Below, piece by piece: positions 11,874 to 20,826 of a stretch of 64,000 nt of DNA. Every line of letters begins with the position of its first letter. The stretch's first letter is position 1. The notes below the pieces were generated by a model. That model searched no databases. It was not told the DNA's origin and saw only the letters and a program-made list of their open reading frames with translations. A program made the translations under genes and the position numbers. The DNA is from Desulfomonilia bacterium (lineage in GTDB: Bacteria > Desulfobacterota > Desulfomonilia > UBA1062), in contig CAXXDQ010000002.1 in assembly GCA_963664325.2 (NCBI GenBank), positions 239,250 to 303,249 of the forward strand, given 5' to 3'.

Positions 11874-11904
11874 TGACTTCATAACAGTCTAAGGAGGTTC
11901 AAGG

Positions 11905-13047
11905 ATGAAAAGGGTTGCTATTTGTGCAGTTGCCCAACACAAGATCGAACCGGACATCTGGTATAAGCGTTTCCAGGGAATGCTTATCGACGTTATGGAT
12001 GACATACGTTCCCAGACCGGATTCACCTACGATGAGGAAAAAGGTGTCAGGAACATTGTTACATGTTCCGACGATGTGTTTGACGCGCGTACCATCTCGA
12101 ACAACGGCGTAACTGACGCTGTCGGGGCTCATTACAGGGGCGAGGAAAAAATGGCTCAGGAAGGCCTGAACGGCCTTGGTTATGCTGCTAGCCTTATACT
12201 TGCCGGCCATGACGATGTTGTCTATGTAGCGGGACATTCCAAGGAAAGTCAGTCTGAAAGCCGTCTTCTATGCACCAGCCTCGCATTTGACCCGTTTTAC
12301 GGGAGGCCCCTTGGGCTGGATTTCATGAATGTCGCGGCGCTGCAGGCAAGAGCATATGCTGAAAAATCCGGCATAACCGATGAGCAGCTTGCAAAGGTTG
12401 TTGTCCGTGCCCGCCAGTGGGCTGCAAAAAATCCTTATGCGAATGAAACTAAACAGCTTGAGCTTGGCGATGTTATGTACTCGCCTTATGTTTGTGACCC
12501 GATAAGGAAGAGTCATGTCTATCCCGTGTCTGACGGTGCCGTGGCGTTTCTCCTTGCTTCGGAGGAAAGGGCGCATGAATTCACCGACAATCCGGTCTGG
12601 ATAACAGGCTTTGCCAGCTGTATGGACAGCTACTTCCTGGGTGACCGCGACCTTGCCGGCAACTTCGCGCTTAAGAAAGCATCCGAGCGTGCCTATAAAA
12701 AGGCCGGAATAAAGAATCCGAAGAAGTCGATCAAACTTGCCGAGGTCATGGACTGCTATGCGTATCAGCAGCCTATGTGGCTTGAAGGTCTCGGACTTGC
12801 GGATGAGGGCAAAGGCGGTGAATTCATAGATGACGGCGGGACCGATAAATTTAATGTAAACCGTTCGGGTGGTATGCTTTGCGGATCACCGATGATAATC
12901 GGCGGCATGTACAGGGCAGCGGAAGCGGCTCTCCAGCTCATGGGTAAGGCAGGCAAGCGTCAGGCCAGGGGCGTTAAATGCGCTGTTGTTCAGAGCACCA
13001 CCGGCGGGGCAGGCCAGCACCATGCAGTTCTGGTTCTTGAGAAATAG
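11905..13047 (+). CDS. Thiolase-fold protein, Ltp4-like (no catalytic Cys)
   Basis: SCP-x/thiolase-like motifs PVSDGAVAFLLAS and VNRSGG; nucleophile region reads EEKMAQEG; AAGGAGG SD. Confidence 0.85.
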   Translation: MKRVAICAVAQHKIEPDIWYKRFQGMLIDVMDDIRSQTGFTYDEEKGVRNIVTCSDDVFDARTISNNGVTDAVGAHYRGEEKMAQEGLNGLGYAASLILAGHDDVVYVAGHSKESQSESRLLCTSLAFDPFYGRPLGLDFMNVAALQARAYAEKSGITDEQLAKVVVRARQWAAKNPYANETKQLELGDVMYSPYVCDPIRKSHVYPVSDGAVAFLLASEERAHEFTDNPVWITGFASCMDSYFLGDRDLAGNFALKKASERAYKKAGIKNPKKSIKLAEVMDCYAYQQPMWLEGLGLADEGKGGEFIDDGGTDKFNVNRSGGMLCGSPMIIGGMYRAAEAALQLMGKAGKRQARGVKCAVVQSTTGGAGQHHAVLVLEK

Positions 13048-13057
13048 GGGGTGAGGT

Positions 13058-14248
13058 ATGGGACATAAGAAAAACAGAAATGTGGCAATTGTAGGAATCG
13101 GCCAGACCGAATACTCGAGCCATAAGGAAAACCAGAACCAGGTTGAAATGGTGAATGAAGCAGTCAGGGCTGCATTGGCAGACTGCAATGTAACCATGGA
13201 TGACATAGAATGCGTTGTCCATGGTAATATGGAACTTTTTGAAATGGTGCATCAGCCAGATCTGTGGCATTCGCTTGGAACGCTTGCCTACGGCAAGGAC
13301 GAGTTTCGTCTGACAACCGGCGGGACGGTGGGCGCGACGCTCGTCTGTGCCGCTGATAACCTGATTGCCTCAGGCATGTATGATGTAGTGATGGCGATAG
13401 GAATGGAAAAGCTTCAGGAAGGTAACACGACAGGCGGAATCACAAATATGGCGGACCCTCTCTGGTTCAGGCACCTTCAGACGGGAGCGCTTACCGCAAC
13501 CACAGCAACGACCATGATAGGGGAATTCGGTGAGGAACGGGCCGAAAAGGCAGCCATGCACTATCGCATCATGATGGACAAGCATGCATGCCTCAATCCG
13601 CGCGCACACAGGCGTTTCGGTCTTGAGTATGAACAGATGAACGATCTCATGACGACATCACCCAAGCTGGTTGGTGATCTCAGGCTTATCCACATGTGTT
13701 CCCAGTCGGATGGCTGCTGCGTCATGATTCTCGCCACTGAAGAAAAGGCTAAAAAACTTGCCAGGAAAGCGCCAGTATGGATACGCGACCATATAACCGT
13801 ACATCGCGAGGAAACTTTCAACTGTTTCGGAATCGAACGACCTGAGATGACGCATCATTTTGCTGCCAGACATCTTTATGAAAGAAACGGCATAAAAAAG
13901 CCCCTTGAGTATTTTGACGTCTTTGAAATGTATGACCCGTCAGCATGGTGGGGACTGGACTGGCTCAGGGAATTTTTCCTCCTTGAAGGTGATGAACACT
14001 TAAAGATGCTTGAAAACGGCGACTGGGACCTTGACGGGAAACTTCCCATCAATCCGTCCGGTGGCGTCATTTCGACAAACCCGATAGGGGCGACTGCAAT
14101 GGTGCGGCCTGCCGAGGCAGCGCTTCAGATAAGGGGAGACGCAGGCCCGCATCTGCTTAAACGCGAAGTTAGGCATGCACTTGCCTCCGGCTTCGGAGGG
14201 ACGCTGTGGACCGTGCTAATGATGCTTGAAAAAGATCTGGACTGGTAG
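13058..14248 (+). CDS. Thiolase-fold protein, Ltp3-like putative retro-aldolase
   Basis: VAIVGIGQT; LTTGGTVG (Gly at the Cys position); EMYDP; INPSGGVISTNPIGAT. Confidence 0.87.
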   Translation: MGHKKNRNVAIVGIGQTEYSSHKENQNQVEMVNEAVRAALADCNVTMDDIECVVHGNMELFEMVHQPDLWHSLGTLAYGKDEFRLTTGGTVGATLVCAADNLIASGMYDVVMAIGMEKLQEGNTTGGITNMADPLWFRHLQTGALTATTATTMIGEFGEERAEKAAMHYRIMMDKHACLNPRAHRRFGLEYEQMNDLMTTSPKLVGDLRLIHMCSQSDGCCVMILATEEKAKKLARKAPVWIRDHITVHREETFNCFGIERPEMTHHFAARHLYERNGIKKPLEYFDVFEMYDPSAWWGLDWLREFFLLEGDEHLKMLENGDWDLDGKLPINPSGGVISTNPIGATAMVRPAEAALQIRGDAGPHLLKREVRHALASGFGGTLWTVLMMLEKDLDW

Positions 14249-14258
14249 GAGGTGGAAG

Positions 14259-15416
14259 ATGGCTGAATATTTTGGTTCAAGAGTGGAAGATATATTCGGT
14301 ACGATGCCCGAGAGGTTTAAACCCGAGGGTGTAACCGGCGTGGATGTGGTCATAGGTTATGATATAACCGGTGATGGCGGCGGCAAATGGGCTGTAACAA
14401 TCAAGAATTCTACTCTCAAGGTTGAAAAGATTGAAGGCGATCTGCCCAAATGCTCGGTAACTCTGAATACGGATGCCGAAGGATTTGTAGGCGGTGCGAT
14501 CGGAAAGATTGACACCGGCGAGGCCTTCTCTTCAGGCAGGCTCAAGGTAGCAGGAGACATAACAGCACTGCTCAATGTGCTTCCCAAGGCGTTTGACAAG
14601 TTTATGCCTGTCGTAAGGGCAAAGGCGATAATCGACAGCATGCCTGAGCGCTTCAGGGCCGACAAGGCTGAAGGCGTTGACATGAAGATAGGTTATGACC
14701 TGACAGGCGCCGATGGCGGCAAGTGGACTGTTGCCATAAAGGACAATGCCTGCACATTAAAAGAGGGCATAGACGCTGACAACACAGTCACGCTTATCAT
14801 GGCTGCGGACATATTTGTCGGGCTAAACACCGGAAAGGTCGACCCGGGTACCGCATTCAGCGCAGGGCAGGTGAAGATAGACGGCGATATGATGGCCGCC
14901 GGAGCCACAGCGAAACTGTTCGCCAAGTTCGAGGTCGCCGGTGCCGATGAAAAGCAGGGCGTAGAGCTGATAAGCCTGAAGTGCATTCCTTCTATAAACC
15001 ACAGGTTCGCTACAGGCACGCACATGGGGAAATGGTTCAAGGGCCTGAAGGAAAAGAAGTTCTTTGCATCCAAATGTCCCGTCTGCGGAAGAACCCAGAT
15101 ACCTCCCCGTGAAGTCTGTGCAGTCTGCAGGGTTCGGGCTGATGAATTCGTTGAAGTCGGACCTAAAGGGACGGTAACTGTTATTGACAAGGTGTATTTT
15201 GCCAGCCCTGACCCGCTCAGCGGAAAGGTAAAGCAGACGCCTTATGCGGCGCTTTTCATGATTATGGACGGCTCGACGTTGGGCGAAAGTTTCGCACACG
15301 ACATCAAAAAGGAAGATTTCGAAAGGATTCGTCCCGGCATGAAAGTCAGGCCGGTCTGGGCTGAGAACAGAACAGGAAGTTTTACGGACCTGCTCTATTT
15401 CGAAATCGATGACTAG
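14259..15416 (+). CDS. Tandem SCP2 sterol-carrier domains fused to a DUF35 Zn-ribbon/OB-fold domain
   Basis: Two internal repeats (MPERF...GVD..IGYD.TG..GGKW.V.IK; G.LKV.GD), then CPVC...CAVC and GMKVRPVW; AGGAGG SD before ATG 14259. Confidence 0.85.
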   Translation: MAEYFGSRVEDIFGTMPERFKPEGVTGVDVVIGYDITGDGGGKWAVTIKNSTLKVEKIEGDLPKCSVTLNTDAEGFVGGAIGKIDTGEAFSSGRLKVAGDITALLNVLPKAFDKFMPVVRAKAIIDSMPERFRADKAEGVDMKIGYDLTGADGGKWTVAIKDNACTLKEGIDADNTVTLIMAADIFVGLNTGKVDPGTAFSAGQVKIDGDMMAAGATAKLFAKFEVAGADEKQGVELISLKCIPSINHRFATGTHMGKWFKGLKEKKFFASKCPVCGRTQIPPREVCAVCRVRADEFVEVGPKGTVTVIDKVYFASPDPLSGKVKQTPYAALFMIMDGSTLGESFAHDIKKEDFERIRPGMKVRPVWAENRTGSFTDLLYFEIDD

Positions 15417-15427
15417 GGAGGCATGAT

Positions 15428-15895
15428 ATGGCAGTGAGTAATAAAATAGACAAGAGCGAATGTTTTGTAATGGACGGAAAAATGGCCCTGCCGAACCAGT
15501 ATTTTGCAGGCAGTGTCGGTTCGAAGTTCATAATCTCCTTGAGGGATGCGAACAGGATACTCGGCGTAAAATGCAGCAAGTGCAACAAGGTTTATGTACC
15601 GCCGAGGGAATACTGTGAAAAAGACCTTGAAAAGCTTGATGAAAACTGGGTTGAGCTCGGGAATGAGGGTGTGGTGACTAACTACACCATAGTGAATTAC
15701 TGCGACAAGCACCTGCCCGTAAAGCCGCCTTACATACTTGCGCTTATCAAGGTCGATGGCGCTGACACGCCTTTCGCCCATATTGTCCAGGGCGTTGCAC
15801 CGGAAGATATAAAGATAGGAATGCGGGTAAAAGCGGTTTATGCCGCTGAAACAACGAATTCGATAAGGGATCTTGATCATTTTGAGCCTGCATGA
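15428..15895 (+). CDS. DUF35 Zn-ribbon/OB-fold protein
   Basis: CSKC...VPPREYCEKD, IGMRVKAVY. Confidence 0.88.
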   Translation: MAVSNKIDKSECFVMDGKMALPNQYFAGSVGSKFIISLRDANRILGVKCSKCNKVYVPPREYCEKDLEKLDENWVELGNEGVVTNYTIVNYCDKHLPVKPPYILALIKVDGADTPFAHIVQGVAPEDIKIGMRVKAVYAAETTNSIRDLDHFEPA

Positions 15896-15939
15896 TGCGG
15901 GCGTTTTGAATTAGGTAATAATTTCAGGTTTGATTTTGA

Positions 15940-15973
15940 ACAGGGCGTAAGAACAAAATTTCTTCCGCCCTGT
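15940..15973. repeat. Intergenic inverted repeat (hairpin)
   Basis: ACAGGGCG-TAAGAA...TTCTTC-CGCCCTGT. Confidence 0.6.
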
Positions 15974-16003
15974 ATAAAAAAACAAAATGGGAGGTAATTT
16001 AAG

Positions 16004-16867
16004 ATGGCTGATAACAAGGTAATAATCTGTGCGGCTCTGGCGGGCGCTGCTACAATGAAGAACAACAACCCTTCGGTTCCCTATACACCGGAAGAATTCG
16101 CGATCGAGTCTGAAAAATGTTACAACGCAGGCGCTGCGATGGTACATGTTCATGCGCGGCAGGATGACGGCTGGCCGACTCATGACCATGACAGGATCAA
16201 GGCTACTCACGATGCGATCAAGGCCAAATGTCCCAAGCTCATAGTCAACATGAGTTCGGCGGTCGGTATGGGCAAGACAGCCGAGCAGCGTATAAGCCAG
16301 ATCGTGCACGTCAGTCCTGAGATGGCATCTCTGAACACCAATACAATGAATTTCTCAGTGCTTGACCGCAAGACGGGTGCAATATTCATAGACTTCGTTT
16401 TTGAGAACACCTTCACAATGCTCCAGGACTTCGGCAAGGCCATGGAAGCTCAGAAAACAAAACCCGAGATCGAGATTTACGACATGGGCGGCCTGGATAA
16501 TGTCCTTCTTGTAATGAAGCAGGGCTTTTTCTCGCAGCCCATGAACTTCAACTTCGTATGGGGTGTTGTCGGCGGACAGGCCTTCAGGCCCGATTCCTTC
16601 GTAGCCATGTATCATGCACTTCCGGCAGGCGCCAATTTCACGACCTGCGGTGTCGGTATCGAACAGTTCCCGGCAAACATGATGAGCTGCCTTATGGGCG
16701 GTCATATGAGAGTGGGACTCGAGGACAATACCCGCATGCCCGACGGCGAAGTTGCCAAGGGCAGCTACGAGCAGGTCGAATGGGCTGTCAATGTTGCGAA
16801 ATCACTTGGCAGAACCCCGGCGACGCCTGATGAAGCAAGTGCAATAATGGGGACGACCAGAAGATAA
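16004..16867 (+). CDS. Beta-keto acid cleavage enzyme (DUF849/BKACE; 3-keto-5-aminohexanoate cleavage-like)
   Basis: VPYTPEE, GAAMVHVHAR (Zn ligands), PEMASLN, RVGLEDN, ATPDEA. Confidence 0.92.
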   Translation: MADNKVIICAALAGAATMKNNNPSVPYTPEEFAIESEKCYNAGAAMVHVHARQDDGWPTHDHDRIKATHDAIKAKCPKLIVNMSSAVGMGKTAEQRISQIVHVSPEMASLNTNTMNFSVLDRKTGAIFIDFVFENTFTMLQDFGKAMEAQKTKPEIEIYDMGGLDNVLLVMKQGFFSQPMNFNFVWGVVGGQAFRPDSFVAMYHALPAGANFTTCGVGIEQFPANMMSCLMGGHMRVGLEDNTRMPDGEVAKGSYEQVEWAVNVAKSLGRTPATPDEASAIMGTTRR

Positions 16868-16871
16868 AACA

Positions 16872-16951
16872 GCTGACTGGCTGACAGGCTAATGAGCGGA
16901 TGAGCAGAAACCGGGCCGGTTTTTGCCGAAAAGCTCAACAGCCTTTCAGCC
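16872..16951. repeat. Inverted array of 8-mer tandem repeats (element A)
   Basis: GCTGACTG|GCTGACAG|GCTAATGA|GCGGATGA|GCAGAAACCGG...CCGGTTTTTGC...GCTCAACA|GCCTTTCA|GCC. Confidence 0.7.
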
Positions 16952-16990
16952 TGGTTCTCGAGCTTTCTTGCGAATTTACAGGAGGTCTTT

Positions 16991-18796
16991 ATGAAGGAGA
17001 ATCTTGGGCAGATTTTCAGAAGACAGGCTAAAAAATTCGGCAGCAGGCTTGCCGCTGAAAAAAGAATGGATGGAGTCTGGCACGGCATTACCTGGGATGA
17101 GTACTATATGTCGGCAAAGGAAGCAGGTCTGGGCTTATACAGTCTTGGGGTCAGGAAGGGCGACCGTGTATCCCTTTTATGCACCAACAGGCTTGAATGG
17201 ATCATATCCGATATGGGAATAATAGGCATCGGGGCGGTCACGATACCTATTTATCCGACAGTGCCTTCATCGGAAGTGGGATACATTAACAACAACTCCG
17301 ATGCCAAGGTGTTCATCGCCGAAAACAGGGACGCCCTCAACAAAGGTCTCGAAACAATAGGACTGTGTCCGGAGCTTTTAAAGATAGTTGTTATCGACCC
17401 GCGCGGAGTTGACATGGCCGATGAAAGGCTTATGACTTTTGATGAACTCAGAAAGCTGGGCGCCGGAGTCGATAAAAAAGAACCGGGCCTTTTCGAAAAG
17501 CTTACCGATGCGGTCAGGATAGAAGACCTTGCGACGTTCGTCTATACGTCCGGTACAACAGGGCATCCGAAGGGAGCCATGATAACTCACAAGAATATCC
17601 TGGCGGTGTTCGACGGCCTTGACAGGATTGTCCCAGCGGACGAGACCGATGAAACGGTTCCATTCCTGCCTCTATGCCATGTGTTCGAACGCATAGCGGG
17701 CCATTTCTACGGTATGAGGGTCGGCGTTACAGCGCATTATGCGCAGGACTTCAATACGATCGTCGAGGACATACAGGCCAAGAGGCCTACAATAGTGCTC
17801 GCCGTGCCCCGCGTGTGCGAAAAGGTCTATGCAAAAATACAGGCCCAGGTCAAGCAGCAGCCGCCGATCATGCAAAAGGTTTTCAAATGGGCGACTGCGG
17901 TTGGCGCCCGGGTGAGCAAACTGAAAGAGAAGAAGCAGCCGATCCCTCCTCTTCTGAATATCCAGTACAAAATCGCCTACAATCTTGTTTACAAAAAGAT
18001 AGCGATGGCGCTTGGCGGCCGTGTCCGCTGGATGACTGCTGCAGGGGCTCCTCTTTCGCGAGAGATTGCGGATTTCTTCAATGCGGCTGGTGTATTTGTC
18101 ATTGAAGGCTACGGCATGACCGAAAGCACTGCGCCTGCAACTCTCAACACTATCACCGACTATAAGCTCGGAACAACCGGCAAGCCTCTCCCGTGCAATG
18201 AGATCAGGATCGCTGATGACGGTGAAATCCTCATCAAGGGCGATAATGTCATCCAGGGCTACTGGAAAATGCCTGAACAGACAAAAGAAGCCTTTACGGA
18301 TGACGGCTGGCTGAAAAGCGGTGATATAGGCCATCTTGATGCAGACGGTTTCCTGGTAATAACCGACAGAAAGAAAGACCTTATCATAACCGCAGGCGGG
18401 AAAAACATTGCGCCTCAGAACATCGAGAACATGTTCAAGCAGGATCCTTTGTTCGAACAGGTGGTTGTAATAGGCGACAACCGGAAATACCTTGTTTCGC
18501 TATTCAACCTCAACCAGGATGAGAGTGCTCGAATAGCAAAAGAGTCCGGCATCAGTTTCAGCAATCCCGAAGAACTTTTTGATAAGAAGGAGTTTTTAAG
18601 CCTTGTTGACAAGCATGTTCAGGAACTCAACACAAATCTCGCAAGAGTTGAGACTATAAAATACTACAAGGTGCTTAAAAATACATTCTCGGAGACGACA
18701 GGTGAACTGACACCGTCGCTTAAGGTAAAACGCAAGGTCGTTATGAATAAATACAAGGACATTATAGAAAGCATGTATCCGGTTGACGGAGAATAA
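16991..18796 (+). CDS. Long-chain acyl-CoA synthetase (AMP-forming)
   Basis: YTSGTTGHPKG, EGYGMTE, SGDIG, DRKKDLIITAGGKNIAP, LTPSLKVKR. Confidence 0.93.
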   Translation: MKENLGQIFRRQAKKFGSRLAAEKRMDGVWHGITWDEYYMSAKEAGLGLYSLGVRKGDRVSLLCTNRLEWIISDMGIIGIGAVTIPIYPTVPSSEVGYINNNSDAKVFIAENRDALNKGLETIGLCPELLKIVVIDPRGVDMADERLMTFDELRKLGAGVDKKEPGLFEKLTDAVRIEDLATFVYTSGTTGHPKGAMITHKNILAVFDGLDRIVPADETDETVPFLPLCHVFERIAGHFYGMRVGVTAHYAQDFNTIVEDIQAKRPTIVLAVPRVCEKVYAKIQAQVKQQPPIMQKVFKWATAVGARVSKLKEKKQPIPPLLNIQYKIAYNLVYKKIAMALGGRVRWMTAAGAPLSREIADFFNAAGVFVIEGYGMTESTAPATLNTITDYKLGTTGKPLPCNEIRIADDGEILIKGDNVIQGYWKMPEQTKEAFTDDGWLKSGDIGHLDADGFLVITDRKKDLIITAGGKNIAPQNIENMFKQDPLFEQVVVIGDNRKYLVSLFNLNQDESARIAKESGISFSNPEELFDKKEFLSLVDKHVQELNTNLARVETIKYYKVLKNTFSETTGELTPSLKVKRKVVMNKYKDIIESMYPVDGE

Positions 18797-18807
18797 GAAA
18801 GAAAGAA

Positions 18808-18888
18808 AGTTATGAGTAGTCAGTGGTGAGTGGTGAGTTAAAAATAAGATTCCTCTCACCACTTACCACTCATAACTCACCACTACTA
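18808..18888. repeat. Inverted array of 7-mer tandem repeats (element B)
   Basis: AGTTATG|AGTAGTC|AGTGGTG|AGTGGTG|AG...CTCACCA|CTTACCA|CTCATAA|CTCACCA|CT. Confidence 0.8.
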
Positions 18889-18902
18889 TTTAGGAGGTTA
18901 AA

Positions 18903-19901
18903 GTGGACATTATAGAACAGGGAATTGGGGAACTTTTCACGGATCCCGATCCGGACAAGGCAAGGCTTCACTTCCGCCACAAATCGCGGAAGCTGGAAAA
19001 CAAGCTGATGCCCTTGAAGGAGGCAATTGAGAAATATGTGAAGGACGGCGAGTATCTTGCCATTGGCGGTTTCGGTGCAAACAGGGCTCCGATTGCGGCA
19101 TGCCACGAAATCGTCCGCCAGGGAAAGAAAAACATGGGTTTCGCGGGCCACACATCCACCCATGATTTTCAGATACTGGCTGCAGGTGAGGTTTTTAACA
19201 GATGCGATGTCGCCTACATAATAGGGCTTGAAGCCAGGGGCCTGTCGACTGTTGCACGAAAGTATATGCAGAGCGGGAAGGTTCAGGTCACCGAATGGTC
19301 TAATTACAGTCTGGCGGCAAGGCTCAAGGCGGCAGCGATGGGTGTGCCGTTTGTGCCCACGAGGAACCTTATGGGTACCGACACATTCAAATACAGCGCA
19401 ACAAAGGTCGTCGAATGTCCCTTTACGGGAAAGAAGGTTGTCCTCCAGCCTGCCCTTTATCCAGACATATCTATCATTCATGTGCACGAGGCCGATATAT
19501 ACGGCAACTGCCGCATAAAAGGCATCATGATTGCCGATGACGACCTGGCCAGGGCAAGCAAAAAACTTATCATCACATGCGAAAAGCTGATACCCAATGA
19601 AGAAATCCGTCGTGATCCAACCTCGACAAGGATACCGTACTGGCTTGTGGATGCCGTTTGCGAAGTGCCGTTCGGCGCATACCCGGGCAACATGGCCTAT
19701 GAATATTTCTCTGACGAACCTCATCTGAAGGAATGGCTTCAGACCGAAGAAGACCCGGAGAGGTTCAAGGAGTTTTTAAAGAAATATATCTACAACTGCA
19801 AGGACCATTACGATTACATCGAGCTCAACGGGGGCATACACAAGATTATCGAACTCCGCATGAAAGAACACATGCTCCACAAGGAGGTGGCCAATGGCTG
19901 A
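18903..19901 (+). CDS. Family I CoA-transferase alpha subunit (GctA-like; GTG start)
   Basis: AIGGF..NRAP...HEIVRQ, AAAMGVPF.P, IHVHEAD..GN, VPFGAYP; AGGAGG SD. Confidence 0.88.
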   Translation: MDIIEQGIGELFTDPDPDKARLHFRHKSRKLENKLMPLKEAIEKYVKDGEYLAIGGFGANRAPIAACHEIVRQGKKNMGFAGHTSTHDFQILAAGEVFNRCDVAYIIGLEARGLSTVARKYMQSGKVQVTEWSNYSLAARLKAAAMGVPFVPTRNLMGTDTFKYSATKVVECPFTGKKVVLQPALYPDISIIHVHEADIYGNCRIKGIMIADDDLARASKKLIITCEKLIPNEEIRRDPTSTRIPYWLVDAVCEVPFGAYPGNMAYEYFSDEPHLKEWLQTEEDPERFKEFLKKYIYNCKDHYDYIELNGGIHKIIELRMKEHMLHKEVANG

Positions 19902-20664
19902 TTACAATACCATGGAACTGATGATTACGGTTGCCTCCCGCGAGCTTGAAGACGGTGCCACGGCAGGTGTCGGTACAGGCGCACCGTGTGCAACCGCCAT
20001 GCTTGCGCAGAAGACGCACGCCCCGAACCTTGTAATCATGTTCGAGGCGGGCGGCGTCAGCCCGATTCTGCCCGAGATGCCTATCTCGGTGGGCGACTCT
20101 CGCACCTTCAACAAGGCGATCATGGCGACCAGCATGGCAGAGATCATGGAGACCTGCTGCCGCGGTTTTGTCGACTATACATTCCTCGGCGGGGCCCAGA
20201 TCGACATGTTCGGAAATCTCAACTCGACCAAGATAGGAGGTGAACACCAGAAGCCCAAGGTGAGGCTGCCGGGTTCGGGCGGCGCAAATGATTTCGGATC
20301 GTTCTGCTGGAAGATGATGGTCATGACAGTACAGGATGCGAGGCGCTTTGTTGAAAAGACCGATTTCATAACAACACCGGGATGGATCAAAGGCGGGAAC
20401 TCGCGTTATGAGGCCGGCTTGCCTCTCGGCACCGGACCATACAAAATAATAACGAACATGGCGGTTATGGACTTTGAACCCGAGAGCAAACGCATGAGGG
20501 TCATATCCATCAATCCCGGCTATACTTTCAAGGATGTCCAGGAAAACTGCGGTTTCGAACTTTTGCAGTCATCAAAGATAAAGGAGACCAAGGCTCCAAC
20601 CCACCATGAACTGTCCATCCTTCGCGAGCAGGTCGATCCGTACCGTTACATAATTGGAAGATAA
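19894..20664 (+). CDS. Family I CoA-transferase beta subunit (GctB-like)
   Basis: HAPNLVIMFEAG (catalytic Glu retained), FLGGAQIDMFGNLN, RLPGSGGAND, FITTPG. Confidence 0.88.
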   Translation: MADYNTMELMITVASRELEDGATAGVGTGAPCATAMLAQKTHAPNLVIMFEAGGVSPILPEMPISVGDSRTFNKAIMATSMAEIMETCCRGFVDYTFLGGAQIDMFGNLNSTKIGGEHQKPKVRLPGSGGANDFGSFCWKMMVMTVQDARRFVEKTDFITTPGWIKGGNSRYEAGLPLGTGPYKIITNMAVMDFEPESKRMRVISINPGYTFKDVQENCGFELLQSSKIKETKAPTHHELSILREQVDPYRYIIGR

Positions 20665-20665
20665 A

Positions 20666-20808
20666 CAGGAAGTCAGGAGACAGGAGTAAGGAGACAGGAG
20701 AGATGAAGGAACCATTAACCTCGAACTTTTCCTTTACCCTTTTTAACAAAGAATGTTGGAGATCAATTCAGGTTTGATGGGGTTTCTATACTGTCTACTG
20801 ACTACTTG
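20666..20808. repeat. Inverted array of 7-mer tandem repeats with a long spacer (element C)
   Basis: AGTC|AGGAGAC|AGGAGTA|AGGAGAC|AGGAGAG ... TA|CTGTCTA|CTGACTA|CTT. Confidence 0.7.
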
Positions 20809-20826
20809 ATTTTTAAGGAGGATAAC

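Noticed and set aside
18903-20664. CoA-transferase pair as the steroid ring-cleaving hydrolase IpdAB
   Set aside because: The beta subunit keeps the Gct-type catalytic Glu (FEAG), and no other C/D-ring genes (crotonase, IpdC/IpdF) are present.
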